Virus record (IMG/VR): IMGVR_UViG_3300028859_000011
Coordinates: 32,001 to 96,000 of that record
Length of the DNA: 64,000 nucleotides
Reading direction: 5' to 3' (one strand)
Source: a virus
Part shown: positions 20,469-29,487 of the stretch, piece after piece
Layout of the letters: every line of letters starts with the position of its first letter
Numbering within the stretch: the first letter of the stretch is position 1
Position numbers and translations under genes: made by a program
The notes under the pieces: generated by a model
Databases searched by the model: none
Seen by the model: only the letters and a program-made list of their open reading frames with translations
Told to the model about the DNA's origin: nothing

Positions 20469-21595
20469 TATTCTTTATTTTTTTTATCAAGTTCAGATAT
20501 TATTTCATCTAATGTCATTCCTTTTATATAATAATTATATACATCATATCTTTCATAACCAAATGATGAGTCATAATGTTTATAAAGTTCATTCATTAGT
20601 CTATTATACTTACTAATTTCTTCTAAATTTTTAAACTCACCAACTTCATAATAAATTGATTCAATTACTATTGTTTCTTTTGGATTAAATATCGCATACG
20701 TATTGTGTTTTTTTTCTTTTGCGACATAACCAACAAATCCTAATTTTTCAATTGTATTAGATACAGAATCATTTTCATAATATCTCCAAGTATCATCTAA
20801 TTTTATTTTTTTTGGTTTTTTATTCCATGATTTTTTATATTTAGAAGCATATTCTTTCATCATATTTTCTTTTGCGATGTTATATAATTCTACTCCTTTT
20901 TCATATTGTTCATCTGTTATTTCAATATTTAAATATGTTTTGTGATATTTTTTATCAAGAAATATCCCAGTTAAATGATCAGATATTCTATAAATATCAG
21001 TTCCTTTAAATATACTTTTTATATAATTTCTAAAATCTTCAAAATATTTACGATATTCATATCCAAATTTATTATCTCCGTATGATATTGATTCTGCACC
21101 ATTTAAATAATATGAAAAAGTTTTTTTATCAATTGTATAAACATAATCGTCATCAACATCAACAACTATTAATTTATCATATTTATAATATGGATCATCT
21201 ACGTTATCTCCAATTTTAGCATTTATTATATTATCAACTGGTTCTATAATATCATCTCCTTTTAATAATTCTAAAATATCTTGTTTTTTATAATCCGTAG
21301 GAAAACAAAAATTGCTCATATAACAAGTAATTTTATCTGGTAATGCATCATCTAATTGTTTTAAATGCTCTTCTATATTTGCATCAAATATTTTACCATT
21401 TAATTTACATGTATAAATAACTGGAGATTGATCTAACTCATTATCACTTGATTTTTCACTTGCGTAGTCATATGCAAATTTACTATTATCTGAAAAAAAT
21501 GTTATATTATTTTTAAATTTAGAAAATAAATATGGTGAGCCATGATATAATGTAAAATTTGACATCATTTTTTCAAATGTTTTTAAATATTTCAT
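20468..21595 (-). CDS. Putative ADP-ribosyltransferase-fold protein with a large insertion
   Basis: LYHGS....F.....FFSD...FA..YA, IY...L, late G..G......YAIFNP; N-terminus MKYLKTFE. Confidence 0.6.
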   Translation of the reverse strand: MKYLKTFEKMMSNFTLYHGSPYLFSKFKNNITFFSDNSKFAYDYASEKSSDNELDQSPVIYTCKLNGKIFDANIEEHLKQLDDALPDKITCYMSNFCFPTDYKKQDILELLKGDDIIEPVDNIINAKIGDNVDDPYYKYDKLIVVDVDDDYVYTIDKKTFSYYLNGAESISYGDNKFGYEYRKYFEDFRNYIKSIFKGTDIYRISDHLTGIFLDKKYHKTYLNIEITDEQYEKGVELYNIAKENMMKEYASKYKKSWNKKPKKIKLDDTWRYYENDSVSNTIEKLGFVGYVAKEKKHNTYAIFNPKETIVIESIYYEVGEFKNLEEISKYNRLMNELYKHYDSSFGYERYDVYNYYIKGMTLDEIISELDKKNKE

Positions 21596-21646
21596 AAATT
21601 ATTATTATTTTATTATGTTATATATTAATATATCAAATCTTTTTTA

Positions 21647-21654
21647 TATCTTTG
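21647..21654 (+). promoter_or_regulatory. Bacteroidota-type -7 promoter element
   Basis: TATCTTTG upstream of the 21.7-27.5 kb small-gene run; no clear -33 element. Confidence 0.55.
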
Positions 21655-21682
21655 TAATTAGAATAATTAAATAAAAAATTAT

Positions 21683-22189
21683 ATGAAATCATTTGAAACT
21701 ATATTTAACAATTGGATAAGTAGTAAAGTTGAATTTCAACTTAAAATAATAGATAACATTGCATCTGAAACGGGAGTTGATCCTGAAAAATGGTTTATTG
21801 AAAATTTTTTACGTAGGCATATCGGAGATTATACTGAAGATGATTTTTTAAACGTTCTTCTACAAGAATATATAGGTTATTTATCTAATGAATTTGACAA
21901 AATTGTAGGGGTTTATTTAGAAAGTGATAAACATAATATGTATGGAGAACCAATATATGACATATATATAACATTAGAATATGATTTTGATAATAATAAT
22001 ATTTTTATTAATGAAGAGTACGGAGAAAGAGTTGATATTGAAAAAGTCATACAATCAGTATCTCTTAATAATAGATCTGTGTTGATGAAAAATAAATTAT
22101 TTTCATATATCATTAATAAAACAAATTTAAATATTTTTTCTAAAAAAGATATAAGAGCATTAAAATTGAAACAATTAAATGAAATATAA
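21683..22189 (+). CDS. Hypothetical protein, RxxKL tail
   Basis: Ends IRALKLKQLNEI. Confidence 0.6.
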   Translation: MKSFETIFNNWISSKVEFQLKIIDNIASETGVDPEKWFIENFLRRHIGDYTEDDFLNVLLQEYIGYLSNEFDKIVGVYLESDKHNMYGEPIYDIYITLEYDFDNNNIFINEEYGERVDIEKVIQSVSLNNRSVLMKNKLFSYIINKTNLNIFSKKDIRALKLKQLNEI

Positions 22190-22391
22190 AATTAATGATA
22201 TTGTATTGCTTAATAATGATATTAAATTAAAAATAATAGAAATTGGTGAAATTTCATTGTATTATGTAGTAGTATATTTAACAGAATCACGTCGCACTTA
22301 TATTGATTCTGAATATTTAGATTATAATTCATATCTAATAGATATTAAATATTTAAGAAAAGAAAAATTAAATAAATTATATGAAATATAA
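22179..22391 (+). CDS. Hypothetical protein, RxxKL tail
   Basis: MKYKINDIV...YLRKEKLNKL. Confidence 0.6.
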   Translation: MKYKINDIVLLNNDIKLKIIEIGEISLYYVVVYLTESRRTYIDSEYLDYNSYLIDIKYLRKEKLNKLYEI

Positions 22392-22617
22392 AGTAGGAGA
22401 TATTGTAGTTGGAAACATTGTAGTTGGAAACATTTTTAAAATCGAAATTATAAGTATTTTGAATAATGAATATGAATATTGTCTAACATGCAGGTCAAAT
22501 AAAAAAATTACGAAATGGTGCACGATATCAATTGATAATTATACTAAATTAGATGATCAATATCTTAGAAAAGAAAAATTAAAGAAATTATATGATACTT
22601 CAGCAGTGGTTAAATAG
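22381..22617 (+). CDS. Hypothetical protein, RxxKL tail
   Basis: MKYKVGDIV...YLRKEKLKKL. Confidence 0.6.
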   Translation: MKYKVGDIVVGNIVVGNIFKIEIISILNNEYEYCLTCRSNKKITKWCTISIDNYTKLDDQYLRKEKLKKLYDTSAVVK

Positions 22618-23152
22618 TCAAGATTTTTTAGAAAAAGATCAATTTGAAAAAAGAAAAATATTAAAAAGATGCATACTTACAGATAAATTTTGTATAATAG
22701 GTAAAACTGTTATATGCTTTGAAACTGAACGGTATTGTAATGAAAACAATAAAAGATATTATGATCCATCAATTAAAGGATGTAATTTAACTATTGGTAA
22801 ATCATATAATATATTAGATCATAATATTGGTAAAATAAAAGTTTTAAATGATAACAATAAAAAAGTATGGTGCACAATTAAAAGATTTATATATTCAATA
22901 AAATATGAGAGAAGAGATAAATTAAAACAAATTGATAACGAAGAAAATGATATATCAGATAAAAAATTAATTTGTGTTTTATGCGGGCAAGAATGGGGAG
23001 TAGAAAATAAGTTTACAAATACTTGTGAAAATATCGAATGTAATGGTTTCTGTACTTGGGGATATTCTCCTATGAAACCAGAAAGTTTTACAATTGATGA
23101 TAACGGATTTTGGCATTTAAAACCAATTCCGAAAGATTTAAATAATTTATAA
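22592..23152 (+). CDS. Hypothetical two-part protein (internal RxxKL motif plus Cys-rich C-terminal domain)
   Basis: ERRDKLKQI mid-protein, then CVLC...C...CNGFC. Confidence 0.55.
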   Translation: MILQQWLNSQDFLEKDQFEKRKILKRCILTDKFCIIGKTVICFETERYCNENNKRYYDPSIKGCNLTIGKSYNILDHNIGKIKVLNDNNKKVWCTIKRFIYSIKYERRDKLKQIDNEENDISDKKLICVLCGQEWGVENKFTNTCENIECNGFCTWGYSPMKPESFTIDDNGFWHLKPIPKDLNNL

Positions 23153-23162
23153 ATAATATATT

Positions 23163-23552
23163 ATGCTAGATAAAAAATCAACAAGTCTTATTAAAAATTA
23201 TGCTATTAGTACTGGTAAAAAAATAAACGTAAAAAGTGGTAGATGTAGATATAATTTTAGATGCCAAATGAATGCTGTTAATGATGCATTAAGTAGCAAT
23301 CAATCGACATTAGGAATGTGCATATGTATAAATGATGACTCATGTTTTATTCATTTTATTAATATATCTAAAAATAATACATATATTGATAATACTTTAG
23401 GACAATGGTCAATTAAATATAACTATTATTTAGTAAAAATAATTGATAAAAAAGATTTTTTAAATATAAATGATATATTTACTCAATATAGAAAAGAATT
23501 ACATCAAAAATTACCATTATATTTAAGAATGATAAATACAGTAGAATTTTAA
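23163..23552 (+). CDS. Hypothetical protein
   Basis: Conserved-looking NFRCQMNAV...CFIHFIN...YIDNTLG. Confidence 0.6.
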   Translation: MLDKKSTSLIKNYAISTGKKINVKSGRCRYNFRCQMNAVNDALSSNQSTLGMCICINDDSCFIHFINISKNNTYIDNTLGQWSIKYNYYLVKIIDKKDFLNINDIFTQYRKELHQKLPLYLRMINTVEF

Positions 23553-23813
23553 ATGATTATAGATAAAGGATGGGGATATTGGAATTTAAAAAACTCTACA
23601 ATATTTGATGATATAGCATATTATCTATTTGTACAATATTATGTACATGACTACAAAGATTCTCAATTATATATGTCAAATATGGAATATGAGCCACCTA
23701 ATCAAAAATGGTTTTATTTCAGGAAACTTTATTATGAAAAATATTACAATAAAGCAAATATTATATTAAGAAAAGAAAAATTAAATAAAATAAATGAAAC
23801 TATAATAGAATAA
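23553..23813 (+). CDS. Hypothetical protein, RxxKL tail
   Basis: Ends ILRKEKLNKI; paralog of 10311..10556. Confidence 0.6.
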   Translation: MIIDKGWGYWNLKNSTIFDDIAYYLFVQYYVHDYKDSQLYMSNMEYEPPNQKWFYFRKLYYEKYYNKANIILRKEKLNKINETIIE

Positions 23814-23838
23814 GTTAAACAATAAAAATTATAATATT

Positions 23839-24150
23839 ATGATAGTAGTACATAAAAGTGAAAAATACGGAGATTATTACGGAGAATTAGTTGAGTTTGA
23901 TTACACTACATCCATGAATATTCTTGATTGGAGTAGTAGAGATACCGCAATTTTCTGTACACTACTTGTTAATTTTGGAGTATCAGAAATTCTTTTTGAT
24001 ATGGAGTCAAAAAAAGATTATACTTGTACTGTATATATTGAAACAACAGAAAAAACAGACTATAAAAGTCTAATGATGTTAATTTTTTCAAAACATCCAA
24101 GTGAGTTTTCAGAAGAAACTACTAATCATTTTAGATTGTGGTTTGAATAA
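23839..24150 (+). CDS. Hypothetical protein
   Basis: Intact ORF in operon-like run. Confidence 0.55.
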   Translation: MIVVHKSEKYGDYYGELVEFDYTTSMNILDWSSRDTAIFCTLLVNFGVSEILFDMESKKDYTCTVYIETTEKTDYKSLMMLIFSKHPSEFSEETTNHFRLWFE

Positions 24151-24182
24151 AAATAAATAAATAAATAAATAAATATAATATT

Positions 24183-24623
24183 ATGTCAAGTGTTACAGAA
24201 AAATTAGAAGAATATTTAGAGTTTTTAAAAACTCCTGAGGGTGAAGAAAGTATTCGTGAGTTCCGAGAAAAATTACAATTAGAAGATGATCAAAATAATA
24301 TTAATATCGAAAGAATTAAAAAAATGTTCAATGATCAAGAAACTTTTGATTCTTTAGTCAATAGAATAATAAGCAAAAATGGAGAAGAATGGAGGGACAA
24401 ATGTTACAAAAATGGTTGTACACCATATCCAACTCAACTATTATACTCATTGTTTGATTTAGCAGAAAAAGAAGGAACTGAAATAACAGAATCTATTGAT
24501 GATTTTACAAGTCATTTTCCGTCTGATATCTGTGAATATAACGGTTGGCAATTTGCTTTGACATATGGTCAAGGTACATGTAGTAGTATATACTACAATA
24601 AAAAATTAATGTATAGAGATTGA
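24183..24623 (+). CDS. Hypothetical protein
   Basis: Intact ORF in operon-like run. Confidence 0.6.
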   Translation: MSSVTEKLEEYLEFLKTPEGEESIREFREKLQLEDDQNNINIERIKKMFNDQETFDSLVNRIISKNGEEWRDKCYKNGCTPYPTQLLYSLFDLAEKEGTEITESIDDFTSHFPSDICEYNGWQFALTYGQGTCSSIYYNKKLMYRD

Positions 24624-24877
24624 ATTCAATTAAAACAGTAAAATCAAGATATAGTATAACTACAATATCATCAAGTTATTATAATACACTTTCATCAAGT
24701 TATAATACAAATGACATTATTTCTGGTTCAACTGGATTATTAGAGCAAGGTTATATATTTGTTCCTTATATAATGTCTACAACAACATCAATTATTACTG
24801 AATCAAGAGAATGGAAGATACAGAGATTAAGAGAAAAACGGATAGAAAAACTTAATAAATTAGGTTGGAATGAATAA
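24620..24877 (+). CDS. Hypothetical protein, RxxKL tail
   Basis: GYIFVPYI segment; ends KRIEKLNKL. Confidence 0.5.
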   Translation: MNSIKTVKSRYSITTISSSYYNTLSSSYNTNDIISGSTGLLEQGYIFVPYIMSTTTSIITESREWKIQRLREKRIEKLNKLGWNE

Positions 24878-25145
24878 TAACGGTTGGAATCAAGGTGATG
24901 AAATAGTATGTATAAATAATAGTAGTTATCCAAATATATTAACTATTGGAAGATCATATAAAATTATTGGAATTCATTGTAATACTAATATTAATAAATA
25001 TCAAGTTATTATTCAATCAAATAGTAATAGTTATACATTAACTGTATTTTGTGATTTGTTTTTATCACTCAATGATTTTAATAAAAAACAAAGACTTGAT
25101 AAGTTAAAAAAACTTAATAAATTATGCAATATAAATATTCAATAG
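24870..25145 (+). CDS. Hypothetical protein, RxxKL tail
   Basis: GDEIVCINN...LTIGRSY...QRLDKLKKL. Confidence 0.6.
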   Translation: MNNNGWNQGDEIVCINNSSYPNILTIGRSYKIIGIHCNTNINKYQVIIQSNSNSYTLTVFCDLFLSLNDFNKKQRLDKLKKLNKLCNINIQ

Positions 25146-25381
25146 ATGATAACGTTATCTGCATTTTAAATGATAATGGATATGAAAGATATTTAACAAT
25201 TGGAAAAACATATAAAGTCTTATATGTTTATATTGGAAAAATAACTAAATTAGAACATATATATGTTAACTCTGATATAAAGCATCAAGATATTAAACCA
25301 TTAAGTAGTCAATTTTTAACTATTAATAAATTTAAAAAATTTCAAAGAAAAGAAAAACTAATTAGATTAAATCTATTATAA
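25124..25381 (+). CDS. Hypothetical protein, RxxKL tail
   Basis: VICI.N....LTIGKTY...QRKEKLIRL; paralog of the previous gene. Confidence 0.6.
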   Translation: MQYKYSIDDNVICILNDNGYERYLTIGKTYKVLYVYIGKITKLEHIYVNSDIKHQDIKPLSSQFLTINKFKKFQRKEKLIRLNLL

Positions 25382-25404
25382 CAATAATAAAAATAAAATA
25401 GTAT

Positions 25405-25626
25405 ATGAAGATATTAAGAAAAAATGACACTTTTAAAAAATTACCTGATGGAAGTATTAATGAAGTTGTTAGTATAAAATCTTATATTGAACAAGGATGG
25501 AAATATTGTTCGAAAAAAGAATATAAAGATTTTTTCAAATCAGGAGTTTCAGAGAAATTAGAAGAAAAGAAAATAGAAAAAGCTGAAAATAAAGAAAAAA
25601 AGAAAGAAAAAAAGAAAAATAAATGA
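25405..25626 (+). CDS. Small basic hypothetical protein
   Basis: GWKYCSKKEYK; Lys-rich tail. Confidence 0.55.
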   Translation: MKILRKNDTFKKLPDGSINEVVSIKSYIEQGWKYCSKKEYKDFFKSGVSEKLEEKKIEKAENKEKKKEKKKNK

Positions 25627-26057
25627 TTTTAGATATAATCAAATATGATGATTCTAACTCAGGTAAATTACGAAAAATAAATGTAGACGTAAAAAAAGAA
25701 AATCCTTTTTTAATTTCTTTGATTAAAGATATGTTTGAAACTATTAATTATCATAATTTTGAATTTGGATTATCTGCGCCACAAGTTGGACACAATTTAA
25801 ATTTATTTGTAATTAATAATCCTGATTTAAAAGAAGTATTTATAAATCCAGAAATAAAACTTGATGGATTTCTTATACAAAATAAAGAAAAATGCTTAAG
25901 CTTTCCTAATTTAGAATTTCCAATTAATAGAAGATCAATAGTTCATATTAAATATTATGATATTAATTGGAATTATAAATTATCTACATTTAAAGATTTA
26001 AATGCCATCGCAATTCAACATCAATTTGATCATATTAACGGTAAATTAATAATATAA
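25623..26057 (+). CDS. def: Peptide deformylase-like protein with degenerate catalytic motifs
   Basis: GLSAPQVG, EKCLSFP and QHQFDHING correspond to PDF motifs 1-3. Confidence 0.8.
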   Translation: MILDIIKYDDSNSGKLRKINVDVKKENPFLISLIKDMFETINYHNFEFGLSAPQVGHNLNLFVINNPDLKEVFINPEIKLDGFLIQNKEKCLSFPNLEFPINRRSIVHIKYYDINWNYKLSTFKDLNAIAIQHQFDHINGKLII

Positions 26058-26063
26058 AATATA

Positions 26064-26435
26064 ATGAAAGCACCAAACGAAATTAGCGTAATTTCAATTA
26101 ACAATAAAGAAGACGTTTTAAAAACAATTGAACTTTTTAACAAAATTGGAATTAATGTATTTAAAGATAAACTATCAAAGAATTGGTTTATTTTGTCCGA
26201 AGAAGAAATAACAAAATGTTTTCTAATATCAGATAATGACGGTAACTGGAGACTACAATCTCATTTTTTAACAGATGGAATATCAGTTAAACAATTAGAA
26301 GAAATTATTAATACAGTATTATCAATAAATGAACAAATTAAAAATGATATTGGAAGTGTGAATAATTTAAAAAATGAACTTAAAAAATTTAAAAAATCAA
26401 TTAAAGAATTTGAAAATAAATTAAATTCATTATAA
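26064..26435 (+). CDS. Hypothetical protein
   Basis: Intact ORF with coiled-coil-like C-terminus. Confidence 0.55.
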   Translation: MKAPNEISVISINNKEDVLKTIELFNKIGINVFKDKLSKNWFILSEEEITKCFLISDNDGNWRLQSHFLTDGISVKQLEEIINTVLSINEQIKNDIGSVNNLKNELKKFKKSIKEFENKLNSL

Positions 26436-26436
26436 T

Positions 26437-26814
26437 ATGTTTAATAGGAAAAAGAAAGAAAGAAAAAGAAAACTAAAATATGAAGAATTAAATAAATTGT
26501 TCAGGATTAAACATGGAATTATTTGTAATTGGCGGAACAGAAAATATTCTTATCCTCCAGATACAATAGAAGGAAAAAATTTTCATAAAAATTTTTATTA
26601 TTTTTTTGTACAGGAATATGGTAATTTTTCACATTCTTTCAATGAATTTGCTTGTGTTAATTATGCTTTTGATCCAAAATTTGATCATTATCCAGTTGAA
26701 AAACTAAAAGAATTATATGATAAGATTGAAATAACTTTTCCTGAACCATTTATTCAAATTAATAGATTAAAAAAACTGAAATATATAAATTCTGTTAAAT
26801 ATGAAGAAAGGTGA
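26437..26814 (+). CDS. Hypothetical protein, RxxKL tail
   Basis: Ends NRLKKLKYI. Confidence 0.55.
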   Translation: MFNRKKKERKRKLKYEELNKLFRIKHGIICNWRNRKYSYPPDTIEGKNFHKNFYYFFVQEYGNFSHSFNEFACVNYAFDPKFDHYPVEKLKELYDKIEITFPEPFIQINRLKKLKYINSVKYEER

Positions 26815-27031
26815 TAAAATTACTTATATGAGTAACGATATTTGTATTTTCGATAAATATAAAACATATACTATTATTAATATACACAAAGATATTATAA
26901 CAAATGTGAGTTATCTTGATAATTATAAAAATTTATGTTATATAGTTTGTAGTTATACTATGAATAAATTCATAACATATAATCAATATAGAAAATTAAA
27001 ATTAAATAAAATTAATGAAAAAATATGTTAG
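26801..27031 (+). CDS. Hypothetical protein, RxxKL tail
   Basis: MKKGDKI...YRKLKLNKI. Confidence 0.6.
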   Translation: MKKGDKITYMSNDICIFDKYKTYTIINIHKDIITNVSYLDNYKNLCYIVCSYTMNKFITYNQYRKLKLNKINEKIC

Positions 27032-27207
27032 TAAAAGAATTAATAGAAAAAATAGAAGAATTAAGAGTAATATATCCTAATATTGATGATATTGAAATTG
27101 GACCACTTTTTGATGATAGTGCAGTGATGATGATTAGTGATTTGACGATAGAAGAAGGAACAGGATGGGAAACTGACGATGCAATTGGTATAATTTGGAA
27201 TTGTTAA
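27025..27207 (+). CDS. Hypothetical protein
   Basis: Short acidic ORF. Confidence 0.5.
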   Translation: MLVKELIEKIEELRVIYPNIDDIEIGPLFDDSAVMMISDLTIEEGTGWETDDAIGIIWNC

Positions 27208-27234
27208 GTTTTTATAAAAAAAAATAAATATTAA

Positions 27235-27477
27235 ATGTTAGAGGAAATTATAAATAATTATCCAGATGAAGAAATATTATCTGCTGATGGATTAGATGAT
27301 GCAGTTATTGGACTTGAAATAAACTCAATGAGATTGATATACTCAGTATCAAAATGTATTGAAATATTTATAAATGACGGCATGACAGAAGAAGAAGCAG
27401 AAGAATATTTTGAATATAATACTGCTAACGCTTATGTGGGTGATCATACACCAATATGGTGCTACGATGATTTTTAA
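27235..27477 (+). CDS. Conserved phage hypothetical protein
   Basis: ADGLDDAVIG...RLIYS...EEAEEYFEYN...AYVG..TPI, a motif typical of small phage proteins. Confidence 0.7.
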   Translation: MLEEIINNYPDEEILSADGLDDAVIGLEINSMRLIYSVSKCIEIFINDGMTEEEAEEYFEYNTANAYVGDHTPIWCYDDF

Positions 27478-27490
27478 AAATAACAATATT

Positions 27491-27714
27491 ATGAAAAAAT
27501 GGACAGATTTATTGGTAGGTGATCCAATATATATTTTAAAATATGTTAAAAAAATATAACTAGTTTTATTGAAACAAAATGTGAAGGATTTGATAACATA
27601 GGTTATGCAATTGTTATTTATTATTATGTTGAGAGATTAGCAAATGATAAAGATTTTGAAGGTAAAGATTCCGTTACAAAAAATTTAAATAAAAATATAA
27701 AAAAGTGTAAATAA
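27491..27714 (+). pseudogene. Small ORF broken by a frameshift in an A7 run
   Basis: MKKWTDLLVGDPIYI... stops at 27559; one extra A at 27548-27554 would restore a frame to 27714. Confidence 0.45.
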
Positions 27715-27759
27715 AATAAACTTTTTTAAAATATTATACTATTAAATATAATTAAACAA

Positions 27760-28104
27760 ATAGTTCTTTGATGTCATGATAAAATGGTTGTTAGTTAAAA
27801 ACTTAACTAACGTAAAATCATAAAAGTAATAAGTTTGATTAAAAATCAAACTGAAACTTTTAATCTTTATACATATCAATAATATTGATTACAGTAAACA
27901 TAAAACGATTAATACACTTTTAAATACATCTTAACAACGGACTATAATAAGTCTTAAAAATGGTTGTTCGTTATGTAGTTTAAATAATTAAAAGCGACTA
28001 CGATTTCTTTAAACTATAGAGAATAGTGTGTTCGGATAAAGAATTTCATCAAACGAAATTCAAACGTCACAGCAAGTACAAATTTGTATAAGTTTAAGTT
28101 GACG
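27760..28104 (+). ncRNA. Candidate structured RNA / antitermination leader
   Basis: ORF-free, boxA-like GTTCTTTGA, serial hairpins, duplicated AAAATGGTTGTT. Confidence 0.35.
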
Positions 28105-28415
28105 GTACTGGATTATATTTTCCATTATATAAAGCAGATATAGATAGTTCTAAAACAGAAGATAATAATAACTATTACTTTTGCGATATTGATGCTGTTA
28201 TAGATGAAATGAATGAATATGAAAAAGATTTAAATGATTTAAAATCTAAATTTAATAAATTATTTGATACTATAATTGATATAAAAAATAAATAATTTGA
28301 TTTGATGTATATTTTTTGTTCAATTAAATATGATGTTCATTGTCAATGAAGTTAATATTATTTTGAACAAAATATTTTTTATATCAAGATATTATTGTAT
28401 ATTTGCAAAAAAATT

Positions 28416-28616
28416 ATGAAAGATAAAAAATCAGAAGATATATATTCTAATTGGGTTAAAGATTCAGGAATAAAAGATTTGACTGGTAATCAATCAAATT
28501 TTGTTAAAATGATTATTTTAAATAGAAAATATATTTGTGAAATAGGAAGCTTTAATAAAATATTTATTAGCATTTATAAATATTTGAAGAATAATCGTGA
28601 AAAATTAGAAGATTGA
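28416..28616 (+). CDS. Hypothetical protein
   Basis: ATG 28416 preferred; a TAnnTTTG-like element (28398-28405) overlaps the TTG start of the ORF track. Confidence 0.45.
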   Translation: MKDKKSEDIYSNWVKDSGIKDLTGNQSNFVKMIILNRKYICEIGSFNKIFISIYKYLKNNREKLED

Positions 28617-28619
28617 AAT

Positions 28620-28871
28620 ATGAAATCTAAAAATTATAAAATAGGTGAAAAAATAGTTTGTATAGATAATTTCACATTATATTCACCAGATACAAAATTA
28701 AGTAATATAAAATTATTAGAAATAGGTAAAGTGTATACTGTTAGTAGTGGTTATTACACTAATGAAGAATTGGGACTTAATGAAATATCTCACCATTTAT
28801 TCAATAATAATAGATTTATAAAAATTTCAGAATTAAGAAAATATAAATTAGAAAAATTAAATGAAATATAA
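28620..28871 (+). CDS. Hypothetical protein, RxxKL tail
   Basis: IVCIDN...LRKYKLEKL. Confidence 0.6.
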   Translation: MKSKNYKIGEKIVCIDNFTLYSPDTKLSNIKLLEIGKVYTVSSGYYTNEELGLNEISHHLFNNNRFIKISELRKYKLEKLNEI

Positions 28872-29124
28872 AGACTATAAATATGGTACTAAAATGATTT
28901 GCATTGATAATTATTCACGATATTCTAGTATAGAATTAGGCGGTTCTATCTCATTATTAAAAATGGGAGAAACCTATACTTTTAATTCTATTAATAGTTA
29001 TGGTGAAATTAATTTTAAGGAATTTCCTAATGCACTTTTTAGAAAACAAAGATTTATAGAATATTCAAAATTTAGAAAATATAAATTAGAAAAGTTAAAT
29101 AATATTAAAAATCCATCTGTTTAA
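28861..29124 (+). CDS. Hypothetical protein, RxxKL tail
   Basis: MICIDN...FRKYKLEKL; tandem paralog of the previous gene. Confidence 0.6.
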   Translation: MKYKDYKYGTKMICIDNYSRYSSIELGGSISLLKMGETYTFNSINSYGEINFKEFPNALFRKQRFIEYSKFRKYKLEKLNNIKNPSV

Positions 29125-29172
29125 GATGGATTTTTATTTTTATATATACCAATAAATAAAAATTTATTTATA

Positions 29173-29487
29173 ATGAAAATATATAGTTTTGATGAATATT
29201 ATCACATGAAATTACAAGCAGATATTTATTATACTAATATGATGAAAGTTTTTTATGATTATATAACTACTAATGATGAGTTTATAAAAAAACATGGTCC
29301 TATTTCTATAACAAGAGTTGAAGATATATCAAAAAATAATTTTAGATCAGGAGGATATATTATAAATTATAGAGCTAAAGATTATTCCGTTAGAAAAATT
29401 AATATAACTGATGAAGAATATAATGATATGATTAAATATATGAAAGATCCAGAATTATATGACTCAGTAAAAAAATTTAATTTATAA
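29173..29487 (+). CDS. Hypothetical protein with KFNL tail
   Basis: Starts MKIYSFDE, ends KKFNL. Confidence 0.6.
   Translation: MKIYSFDEYYHMKLQADIYYTNMMKVFYDYITTNDEFIKKHGPISITRVEDISKNNFRSGGYIINYRAKDYSVRKINITDEEYNDMIKYMKDPELYDSVKKFNL

Noticed and set aside
24620-24877. Major capsid protein fragment (GYIFVPYI)
   Set aside because: Only about 8 residues resemble the gp23 C-terminal motif, too little to call.
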